From NCBI GenBank assembly GCA_040954595.2, contig CM082579.2, positions 7,243,625 through 7,307,624 of the forward strand: DNA of 64,000 bases, read 5' to 3'. How positions within the stretch are numbered: the stretch's first letter is position 1; each line of letters starts with the position of its first letter. The position numbers and the translations under genes are program-made. The notes under the pieces are model-generated. The model was not told the origin of the DNA. It saw nothing but the letters and a program-made list of their open reading frames with translations, and did not search any database. Below, one piece after another: positions 51,459 through 62,800 of the stretch. The DNA is from Balanoglossus misakiensis. Lineage: Eukaryota; Animalia; Hemichordata.

Positions 51459-52430
51459 CTATATCTCGTAACAGATATCGACACCTTCTTTCTCTAGCTT
51501 TGGGCCGAGTACTCGATCGAACAATTCGCTCTGCTCTGGGGTGAAGTAATTTTTCCAGTCGCCCACTTGACCTTTGCGACACACCGGGCTGACACTGGCG
51601 TCGAGCGACGCCTTGTCCAGATCCATAATTTTCCAGGCGTTTTTCCTCATCTCCTGCAGACTGCTGGCTGCAACAACTCGGTCGATGGCGTCTTGCGACA
51701 GGGGCCTGCCCACGAATTCGCCGATCTTCTCCACGACGGCCGCGAGATTTTTCTTCATTTCCTCGTAGCTCACATGGAGAACGTTGTCGTCTGCGCCAAA
51801 CTTGTGCCACTGGGTGACGTGCTGAAGCCAGGCGCAACCCTCACCGCCTCGGAGAAACTGGCGTCGAATGTCGTCGAACGTGGCGTTCGGATGGTTGGCC
51901 ACGGTGAAGCCCTTCATGAAGTGATACGAAGACACGCACACGTCTTTTGGATTCCGGGTGATGTATATGATTCTCGGTTTCGCTTCTCTCCACGAACGCG
52001 GCATCATATCCGGAAAAGCGTGATTTTTCAGCAGCCTCGGCGAGGGAAAGTCATTGGCGGACTTCAGAAACAGGCCGCGGGCCTGCCTGTAGACGTCCAT
52101 GCTACCGTCCTCCGACGGCGGAACGTATCCCTGGTAGTAATAATCAAGTATCGGGACAACGGAGCGATCGCCGAGTTTTATCACTCCCCAATCATCGTAC
52201 ATCTGGGTCAACACGAACGTGGTCCAATACGTGCCGGATTTAGGGTAGCTGGTCACGAAGACGTCGTCACTCCTGGCTTTAAACGAATCCACCCGTCTCT
52301 CTCGTATAGCGTCGTGGTCGTAGAACCACTTCAGGTAATGGGGGCCATCCCCGCCTTCTGCAGCGAAGTCAGCTGCCAGCGCCGTGCCCGTCGGGACCAC
52401 CGTGCGACCTGACTGCGAACCGTCCGCCAT
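51459..52430 (-). CDS. Cytosolic PAPS-dependent sulfotransferase (SULT superfamily), intronless, 323 aa
   Basis: Single ORF with 5'-PSB loop SYPKSGTYW, PRLLKNH (catalytic His position), 3'-PB RNPKDVCVS, YEEMK and RKGQVGDWKNYFT. Confidence 0.93.
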   Translation of the reverse strand: MADGSQSGRTVVPTGTALAADFAAEGGDGPHYLKWFYDHDAIRERRVDSFKARSDDVFVTSYPKSGTYWTTFVLTQMYDDWGVIKLGDRSVVPILDYYYQGYVPPSEDGSMDVYRQARGLFLKSANDFPSPRLLKNHAFPDMMPRSWREAKPRIIYITRNPKDVCVSSYHFMKGFTVANHPNATFDDIRRQFLRGGEGCAWLQHVTQWHKFGADDNVLHVSYEEMKKNLAAVVEKIGEFVGRPLSQDAIDRVVAASSLQEMRKNAWKIMDLDKASLDASVSPVCRKGQVGDWKNYFTPEQSELFDRVLGPKLEKEGVDICYEI

Positions 52431-52787
52431 TTATAATTATTAGCCTACGTGGCGCAAAGTGCAAGTTTAAATACTGACCTTGGTGACACAGTGCATGACG
52501 CAAATGCCCATGACCCCTGTACGATTTACTTCCTGGTACGTATGTAGTGTACATGTATATATAGTATGGAAAATTCAACATTTTTATTGCGTGAAAAGTG
52601 AGAGTTGGGCCCATACGCCTACTTGAAAATAAGTTAAATTGGCCATTTAGTATAGAATTCAGTAAATCTAGTTAGTTCTTAGGCCTACAGAGTTTTGAAT
52701 AAAAAATAACAACATACAAAAGTCAAAACAATTGACGCAGATACACTACAGAATGGATTACACAAATACTTCCACTATTGGCCAATT

Positions 52788-53258
52788 TGATTAAAATCAG
52801 ATGTAGGGAACGGCGACGTCTTTTACTTACGCGGTAAGAAAACCGTACCGCGTATAACTATAAGTAAAAAGACGTCGCCATTCCCTACATCTGATTTTAA
52901 TCAGGCCTACAACCCGGTGAACTCAGACCCGGAGCAAAACAACATGTCAGACACGGGCAACGCTAAGAAATTAATAATAGGGGTGTTGGAGCCTCTTACC
53001 CAGTATTAGGTCTACATTCGACACAACCCGTGTCCCTTTATAACAAACAAGATATTGAATTCGCCTATCTCAAATGCAGTGCAATTAGCCTAGTATACCA
53101 TCCTTTATCTTTGTATCCGTCGGTCCTTGGAGTGAAATCAAAAACACCGACCCCTTCTAGTGTTACTCAACTTCCCACCTTCTTCAATTTTCCCACCTTT
53201 GGAGAAGTATAGTCGGTGTTTTTGATTTCACTCCAAGGACCGACGAACACAAAGAAAG
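52788..53258. repeat. ~370-bp direct repeat, copy B (52839-53213), extended by fold-back arms at both ends
   Basis: Hairpin 1: 52788-52829 is the reverse complement of 52861-52903 (1 mismatch, 1 indel), with inner stem tacgcggta/taccgcgta. Hairpin 2: 53118-53150 and 53213-53245 form a perfect 33-bp inverted repeat around a 62-nt loop. Confidence 0.88.
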
Positions 53259-54385
53259 ACTTCCCGCCAGCGCCGGTTGAGGAGAGTCAAACAGAAAGGA
53301 ACAAGCGCGAAACAAGCGTTTCGCCAAATCGGCCGCCAACGCAACAGCCACCAATTTCGATTTCATCTTGAAATCCTTAAAGGCATACAGCGAAAAGGAA
53401 ATTGAAAGGCGGCGGTGCGGTGGACTGAGAAACAAGTATGATTCATTTCATTTTGTCGCAAGGCCCGGTAGTGATATCACAAGCTTATCGGTTACAGGCA
53501 GTGGGCATCTGAACAGAAAGAAAACGACAAGATTGAAGAGATTACAGACATTTGCTTCAAAGTGCTTTTTTCGCCCACAGAACACCAACCATTGTTGCGT
53601 ATTGCTGAATACCGCTGTTTCCCGATACGTGTGAATGAATTATGAATGCATCGATATCGATACATATACACACAAAGCGAACACAACCGAACATGAGATA
53701 TCACGCCGCAAGTTCCAAGATATTTAGGGACTAAACATAGTAGGGCCAATCAGCCGTTACCCGAGTAAGCTTACACGCCTCGAAGGAAGACCCATTGTTT
53801 GTGAAGAATGCGCTCGCGTTTATAATTAGTACCCTCTTTCCGTATTTCTGTCAGGTATAAACCACGTTTTTTTTCGGCCACGGGGATGGGAAACTTCACT
53901 TAGGTAATATCACCACCGGCGAAGGAAGATGGCGTGACAACATTGTTGCCGTAACCACGACGACAGTAGAAACTTTAATAACACATACACTTATACAATT
54001 TCGTGAAAATGACAATAGTAGAAGTATGTTTTTTAGAAATCCTATGGGAAAGAGACACACGCGCGCTGTTTATCAATTCGTGCATGTACTGCAGATGCTA
54101 TAGGCTCTTCTAAAATTAATCTTCTCTTCCATATATACAACAAAGCTAATTTCGCCGACCATTTCACTCTAGTTCATATAAAACACCCGGGTTCGTATAA
54201 AATGATGCGTTGTGACTTGTCATGATGCATTGATAAGTCTGATTATCGGCGCGTCCAATAAATAATGACTATTAAAATGTGGTAGGCGGGGCGTTGCTTG
54301 TGATTCCCAACACACTCTCTCTCATCTTCGTTTTCACCGAAGATCGTCACCACTTGACGGTCGCGAGATCTGCGCGCTCGTCCTG

Positions 54386-56830
54386 ATGATGGCTCATCCG
54401 GGAAGACCTGGGATGAGAGTTTTGACTCTAACGCTCCTCTTAACTGCGTACACACTCAAAAGCTGCGTGTGTCAAACTGGAGGTATGGTAACGGGTTATT
54501 TTCTTTCACAATAAGAGTTTATATCAAGTAATTTAAGGCAATATGCGCCTCGGAAAACAAAGTCGTTTTTTCCCCTCGTGTTTCGGTTATTTGAACACTG
54601 ATAGGTATGCATGAACATCTCATCAACGCCCGATTGTGGCTGTATGTTGCAATCTGAACACCGCTATAATGGGTGCCGCGCCCATTTAACTCCGTACAAA
54701 CAGTACGCAGCTATCGTGGTATGCGTCGCCAAGAGATGATAAACTCATGCAAATACAAGTAATGGGGCTAAATGGTGAGGATTTTAAAGGATATGGAATA
54801 GATTTGAAGTATGTGAAATTTGGCAGCTCTAAAGGCTTTAGTCAAATACTTTTGCCACAAGGCCATGGCGCCAAGTTAGACATTTTTATGGTAGCATTTG
54901 TCCAAGAAAGAAAGAAACTAACGAGTCTGGAACGGAAAGGGAATTTTCTTTGGCCAATACCAAACCGTGTGAATCTCGGTAGAGGCCTCGTGTGTGCTAA
55001 AGCATACAGGCATGGTCACTTTCTTACCACTGATCACTGTAGAACGAAGTAACATTTTATCACATCATATTGTTTATGCCTATAGGGTGCAACATGACCT
55101 ACATGTATGGTGTCAGCAGACTCGGGACTGTCATAATCAATGGATATAACAATTTAAAAAACAACGCTACCGAGTGTTGTGAAGATTGCATGAGCAACTA
55201 TCTTTGTGTTTCTTGGACTTTCTTCGAACACAGAGGCTGGTGCTGGTTAAAGAGCACAATTGGTGACGAGGTATCGAGGGAAAACGCTGTGTCTGGACTC
55301 GTCCACAGCCCAGGAGGTAAACTATATCGTAGTCTTGCTCCAAGAATGCGCGACCGTGTTTTGTATAGAACGTCCAAATATTGGAAACATAGTTATAAAA
55401 GTTACATCTGAATGGAGCTTTTAAACACACCACATTTTGTTTTCTGTTGTCAGGCGATGGAAATCCAATCATTCACTGCCCAGCAGCAATCGAGACAAAT
55501 ACGGATCCGGGAGAACAAACGGCAAAGGTAGACTGGCAAACACCGCTAGCGACGGAAAATTTGAAGAGTGTAACAGTGTCTGGTTACCCTGAGCCCGGCC
55601 ACAACTTTTCCATTGGCACAACGGTCGTCCTGTATCAAGCTTCCGATCAGGCTGGCAACACTGCTTCGTGCACGTTTAATGTGACGGTCATCGGTAAGGA
55701 GTTTACTGTTATAAAGAGACCAGGTCGATCAAATGGAGTGGTTGATAAGCAACTGAGATATAGTAGAGTCCACCCATCAAGCCACACACACACACACACA
55801 CACACACCCATCCATCCATCCATCCATCCATGACTCTCGGTGTTAGAAATATTCATCCTCTTTTACAGACAATGAAATCCCCACCATTCACTGTCCAGCT
55901 GACATAGCAACAGCTGCATACCCGGGAGAATCGTCGACATTTGTGACCTGGCCAGAGCCCATCGCTACTGTCAACTCCCAAAATGTAACTGTGTCTGGCG
56001 ACCTTCAACCCGGAAGCAACTTTCCCGTCGGCACAAAGGTCGTGGTTTACCGGGCAACAGACCCTTCTGGTAACTCTGCTTCGTGTAACTTTACCGTGTC
56101 GGTCATTGGTGAGTCTTCAGCAAAGATTCTTATTCGCAGTCTAAAACGAGAATAGTTATGTCAGATGTGGCCGGCTGTACGCCCATTGTCAATGTGCTTT
56201 ACAGGACAAATCACATATGCAAACATACAGGATTGTATATACATGTAGTGCAACTGAGAGCAAGGATAATTTGAGGTACGTGTAACCTAGTCATATGTGG
56301 AACGCATCGCAGAATAACGACATTTGATTTGGTATGCAATTAATTATTAGTGTTAAACTTTATTCTCTCTTATGAGAAACTTGTCTTGCAACAGTATATA
56401 TAAGCATATATTTCGACACTACTTTGTTATATAACAGATCGCCTATGCGAGCGAAATTGGAAACGGTTTGGAGATACATGTTATTATTTTGGGACGAATC
56501 GGTTGGGCGTGGTCGGGGCTGAAGCATTTTGCAAAGATGAAGGTGGACAACTGGTCAAGGACACGAAGGATGTACATGGTTGGCTGTCTGCAGAAATTGC
56601 CAGGCTGGACCAAAGTGGTTGTGATCCAGTGTATATGTGTAATATTCTTTTTGGGTTGACATACAAGGTGAGTTTGTTCGGGCTGGTAAAATGCCAAGTA
56701 TTGCCACATCAAACTCATTTTCACACTTTCCCGGATTCTTGTTACTGTATACGCCAATCACTAGTAATGGGCAGACTTCAAGTGATGATATTGTATATAC
56801 AACTATTGAAGACGTTTATTGAAGATGTTG

Positions 56831-56900
<70 letters not shown>

Positions 56901-56926
56901 GTCGTCGTCGTCGTCGTCGTCGTCGC

Positions 56927-56996
<70 letters not shown>

Positions 56997-57018
56997 GTCA
57001 TCATCATCATCATCATCA

Positions 57019-57052
<34 letters not shown>

Positions 57053-59060
57053 GCCATCACCACAACCATGTGGAATCTGTAAAGTGTTTAAAACCCTGTG
57101 ATAGGAGTAGGTGGTGCTCGAAATAATAAAATTCCAATTTACTGTTTTCCCCCGCAAAGCCTGGTGAAGGTTACCGCTGGCCAGATGGAACAATCCCGGA
57201 TGAAAATTTTATGCCATGGCAGCCTGGACACCCAGGCACTCTTGACCCGTACCGTGATTCATATTTTAAAATCGATTTGACAAGCAAGAACTACTCGAAT
57301 TTTAGGTGGAAGAGATCAAAACTTGCCCTTAGCGGTAGGTCTTGGTACATCTGTGAAAAATCAGGTAGGAGATTTTTTCTTAGTGACCTTATTCGTTTGC
57401 TCATCGTTCTGTGCTTAACTCCGTGTTTATAAAAAAAACCACGCCCTAAGATGCAACAAAGTAAAATCTCATAGCTTGCCATGATCCCGGGTTGCGTAAA
57501 ATTATTGGCTGTACATCACGTTCACCTGGCTCCAGGTGCAAAGACAGACACTAACTAGCAAAGCACATCACAGACAGCCAACAAAGTACATATATAACAA
57601 AGGCAAATCCGAGAAAGAAAGGTATGCGTACCTGGTGTGATGGCAACTGTTTAGGAACCAGAGCCCCCCTCCCCCCGGACAAACGAACACACCACACATT
57701 GATACGTGTGGACGCAGGAGCTAAAAGTGTGCTTCATTTTTTTTCTCAAGTGGATTACGGAGATTTCAATGGCGAAGTTGCAATACTCTCAACAAACAAC
57801 AGTGAATCGTACATCAGTGTGAAGGACCCGTCCTTTACCGTTGCTATGTGGAGACACACCATCTGTATGTGGTTCAGAGTGGCCACCCCCACACAAGATG
57901 GCAGCTTTCCTCTAGTATCGTATTTTGATCCACGTAACCCCGACACTGCCATCACGATAATGGTTCTTCACAGCGTTCCCTACATTCCCCATGAATACAA
58001 AGTCAAGTTTCATTCTGTAAGAATTCGAAGGGCAGTTCGGCCGCAAGAATGGACCTACGTGTGCGGCGTGTGCGATCTGCGAAGACGTCAAGTTTCCATG
58101 TACGCATATCACGGCATTGATTTCCGTAGACAAAAATCAGAATTTCAAACAAAGGTTTCTTACGGCAGACGTTCGTCGCCCCTGTATAATGAAAATGAAT
58201 ACAGGGGTCTCGCGCTTGGTGTTTTCAACACAGGCCATCAACTAAAATTTAAAGTTTCTATAACGGAATTTCACCTATGGGACAGAGTGCTGACGCTGAA
58301 GGACATCTTAATGAGCAAATGTGGTGTTATACCCCCTGCTTCTGTGGTGGTAGCATGGAAACACACACCGTTCTATAGGTATGGCGTCAATAGTGTGCGC
58401 AAGAAGGGAACAAGGCATCTCTCGGCGCACACGTGTGGTAAGTAAACAGACCTAACACTAGAGCACCACTTACTAGCAGACAGCTGTTTGGATTCGCCTT
58501 AAGTTAGGTTTATTCCCTAGGGTTTCCATTCGTCTTTACCTGTGTATTCTCAACCAGTGAACTACATGCATATTCTGGCGGGGTGCACGTCAGTGACAGC
58601 AGAAAATGAGCGCTGTTTTTAGGGCATAGTCAGGGGCTTATGATAATCCAAGATTAGCGAAAGAAATATTGCGGATTGAAAAGGGTGGAGGAAATGAGTA
58701 GCTCTTATGTCAGCGACTGAGAACGTATCATACAGGATGTTGTGTATCATCGCAGTTGTCCAACAAGTCACTTCTTAAAATCCATACTCCAATGGCCATA
58801 CATTGGTGAACACCTTATTATAAACCTCTGCTATGTTGAATACTCTCCACAAATAGACCCAAGGAATGTATCTGCCGGTCACGAGTATCCAACTAACCCA
58901 GCTGTTAGCGGTTCTCCCGAAGCTTCAGACGTCCCACAGGATGAAACCTGCACACCGGTGTCACGCGTCTATTCCCCGGATGGTGGAATGTGGTTGCGCA
59001 TGGATCTCTCGGCATCATACAGCGTTATGTATATCATTCTTGAAAACAATTGGGAAACTG
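54386..59060 (+). CDS. Secreted or cell-surface mosaic lectin-like protein, 5' part (>=711 aa): signal peptide, PAN/apple, HYR, HYR, C-type lectin, pentraxin/LamG-like, F-type-lectin-like; continues beyond window
   Basis: Exons 54386-54482 (MRVLTLTLLLTAYTLKSCVC), 55086-55316 (ECCEDC..CVSWTF..CWLK), 55454-55693 and 55869-56108 (HYR: P.IHCP..W..P.AT..F..GT..V.Y.A.D..GN.ASC.F.V.V), 56438-56667 plus 57160-57364 (CTL: WKRFGDTCYYF..AEAFC..GGQL..YRWPDG..WQPG..YICEK), 57751-58437 (TICMWFR..WTYVC..ITEFHLWDRVL), 58857-59060 (WLRMDL). Phases compatible; no stop reached. Confidence 0.78.
55784..55831. repeat. (CA)n followed by (CCAT)n microsatellite
   Basis: Read directly; intronic. Confidence 0.85.
56831..57060. 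repeat. (CAT)n trinucleotide microsatellite with internal (CGT)n tract
   Basis: Read directly; lies in the intron splitting the C-type lectin domain. Confidence 0.97.
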
Positions 59061-59077
59061 GTAAATATGTCCGTTAA

Positions 59078-59823
59078 ATACATACATACGTACGTACGTA
59101 CGTACATACATACATACATACATACATACATACATACATACATACATACATACATACATACATACATACATACAAACATACATACATACATACATACATA
59201 CATACATACATACATACATACATACGTACGTACGTACGTACGTACGTACGTACGTACGTACGTACGTACGTACGTACATACATACATACATACATACATA
59301 CATACATACATACATACATACATACATACATACATAAATACATACATACATACATACATACATACATACATACATACATACATACATACATACATACATA
59401 CATACATACATACATACATACATAAATACATACATACATACATACATACATACATACATACATACATACATACATACATACATACATACATACATACATA
59501 AATACATACATACATACATACATACATACATACATACATACATACATACATAAATACATACATACATACATACATACATACATACATACATACATACATA
59601 CATACATACATACATACATACATACATACATACATACATACATACATACATACATACATAAATACATACATACATACATACATACATACATACATACATA
59701 CATACATACATACATACATACATACATACATAAATACATACATACATACATACATACATACATACATACATACATACATACATACATACATACATACATA
59801 CATACATACATACATACAAACAT
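59078..59823. repeat. (TACA)n tetranucleotide microsatellite, ~745 bp, with (TACG)n tracts and TAAA interruptions
   Basis: Read directly; starts ~17 bp after the 59060 splice donor. Confidence 0.98.
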
Positions 59824-59828
59824 AAAAT

Positions 59829-62800
59829 TAGCTCATGAAAACCATCAAAAAAGACAATTTTTCGACTTTGCGAATTTTCAAAATTTGTTCATTTTATTTA
59901 AAAAAAATCATGGGTTATAGCTCATGAAAATCATTCAAAAAATGACAATTTTGCGACTTTGCGAATTTTCAAAATTTCTTCATTTAAAAAAAATCATTAT
60001 AGCTCATGAAAATCATCAAAAAATGACAATTTTGCGACTTTGCGAATTTTCAAAATTTCGTCATTTAAAAAAAAAATCATTATAGCTCATGAAAATCATC
60101 AAAAAATGACAATTTTTCGACTTTTCGAAATCTCGAAATTTAGTCGATTTTTGAAAAAATCATGGGTTATAGCTCATAAAAATCATCAAAAAATGACAAT
60201 TTTTCGACATTGCGAAATCTCAAAATTTCTTCATTTTTTGATAAAAATCATGGGTTATAGCTCATGAAAATCATCAAAAAATGACAATTTTTCGACTTTG
60301 CGAAATCTCGAAATTTCGTCGATTTTTGAAAAAATCATGGGTTATAGCTCATGAAAATCATCAAAATATGACAATTTTTCGACTTTGCGAAATCTCGAAA
60401 TTTCGTCGATTTTTGAAAAAAATCATGGGTTATAGCTCATGAAAATCTTCAAAAAATGACAATTTTTCGACATTGCGAAATCTCAAAATTTCTTCATTTT
60501 TTGATAAAAATCATGGGTTATAGCTCATGAAAATCATCAAAAAATGACAATTTTTCGACTTTGCGAAATCTCGAAATTTCTTCAATTTTTGAAAAAATCA
60601 TGGGTTATAGCTCATGAAAATCATCAAAATATGACAATTTTTCGACTTTGCGAAATCTCGAAATTTCGTCGATTTTTGAAAAAAATCATGGGTTATAGCT
60701 CATGAAAATCTTCAAAAAATGACAATTTTTCGACATTGCGAAATCTCAAAATTTCTTCGTTTTTTGATAAAAATCATGGGTTATAGCTCATGAAAATCAT
60801 CAAAAAATGACAATTTTTCGACTTTGTGAAATCTCGAAATTTCTTCAATTTTTGAAAAAAATCATGGGTTATAGCTCATGAAAATCATCAAAAAATGACA
60901 ATTTTTCGACTTTGCGAAATCTCGAAATTTCGTCGATTTTTGAAAAAAATTATGGGTTATAGCTCATGAAAATCTTCAAAAAATGACAATTTTTCGACTT
61001 TGCGAAATCTCGAAATTTCGTCGATTTTTGAAAAAAATCATGGGTTATAGCTCATGAAAATCATCAAAAAATGACAATTTTTCGACTTTGCGAAATCTCG
61101 AAATTTCGTCGATTTTTGAAAAAATCATGGGTTATAGCTCATGAAAATCATCAAAATATGACAATTTTTCGACTTTGCGAAATCTCGAAATTTCGTCGAT
61201 TTTTGAAAAAAATCATGGGTTATAGCTCATGAAAATCTTCAAAAAATGACAATTTTTCGACATTGCGAAATCGCAAAATTTCTTCATTTTTTGATAAAAA
61301 TCATGGGTTATAGCTCATGAAAATCATCAAAAAATGACAATTTTTCGACTTTGCGAAATCTCGAAATTTCTTCAATTTTTGAAAAAATCATGGGTTATAG
61401 CTCATGAAAATCATCAAAATATGACAATTTTTCGACTTTGCGAAATCTCGAAATTTCGTCGATTTTTGAAAAAAATCATGGGTTATAGCTCATGAAACTC
61501 TTCTAAAAATGACAATTTTTCGACATTGCGAAATCTCAAAATTTCTTCATTTTTTGATAAAAATCATGGGTTATAGCTCATGAAAATCATCAAAAATGAC
61601 AATTTTCCGACTTTGCGAAATCTCTAAATTTCTTCAATTTTTGAAAAAAAGTCATGGGTTATAGCTCATGAAAATCATCAAAATATGACCATTTTTCGAC
61701 TTTGCGAAATCTCGAAATTTCGTCGATTTTTGAAAAAAATCATGGGTTATAGCTCATGAAAATCTTCAAAAAATGACAATTTTTCGACATTGCGAAATCT
61801 CAAAATTTCTTCATTTTTTGATAAAAATCAGGGGTTATAGCTCATGAAAATCATCAAAAAATGACAATTTTTCGACTTTCGAAATCTCTAAATTTCTTCA
61901 ATTTTTGAAAAAAATCATGGGTTATAGCTCATGAAAATCATCAAAATATGACAATTTTTCGACTTTGCGAAATCTCGAAATTTCGTCGATTTTTGAAAAA
62001 AATCATGGGTTATAGCTCATGAAACTCTTCTAAAAATGACAATTTTTCGACATTGCGAAATCTCAAAATTTCTTCATTTTTTGATAAAAATCATGGGTTA
62101 TAGCTCATGAAAATCTTCAAAAAATGACAATTTTTCGACATTGCGAAATCTCAAAATTTCTTCATTTTTTGATAAAAATCAGGGGTTATAGCTCATGAAA
62201 ATCATCAAAAAATGACAATTTTTCGACTTTGCGAAATCTCGAAATTTCGTCGATTTTTGAAAAAAATCATGGGTTATAGCTCATGAAAATCATCAAAAAA
62301 TGACAATTTTTCGACTTTTCGAAATCTCGAAATTTCGTCGATTTTAGAAAAAATCATGGGTTATAGCTCATGAAAATCATCAAAAAATGACAATTTTTCG
62401 ACTTTGCGAAATCTCTAAATTTCTTCAATTTTTGAAAAAAATCATGGGTTATAGCTCATGAAAATCATCAAAACATGACAATTTTTCGACTTTGCGAAAT
62501 CTCTAAATTTCTTCAATTTTTGAAAAAAATCATGGGTTATAGCTCATGAAAATCATCAAAATATGACCATTTTTCGACTTTGCGAAATCTCGAAATTTCG
62601 TCGATTTTTGAAAAAAATCATGGGTTATAGCTCATGAAAATCATCAAAAAATGACAATTTTTCGACTTTGCGAAATCTCGAAATTTCGTCGATTTTTGAA
62701 AAAATCATGGGTTATAGCTCATGAAAATCATCAAAATATGACAATTTTTCGACTTTGCGAAATCTCGAAATTTCGTCGATTTTTGAAAAAAATCATGTGT

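Noticed and set aside
51567-52412. 281-aa plus-strand ORF opposite the sulfotransferase
   Set aside because: Antisense shadow of a GC-rich CDS; no family signature.
50778-53213. LTR retrotransposon interpretation of the direct repeats
   Set aside because: No TG...CA termini, primer-binding site, polypurine tract or gag/pol remnants seen.
56503-57193. Poly-Ser/His/Met/Asp ORFs
   Set aside because: Translations of the intronic (CAT)n microsatellite; the real exon ends at the 56667 donor.
58866-59823. 200-266-aa MYVC/HTYI repeat ORFs
   Set aside because: Translations of the (TACA)n microsatellite.
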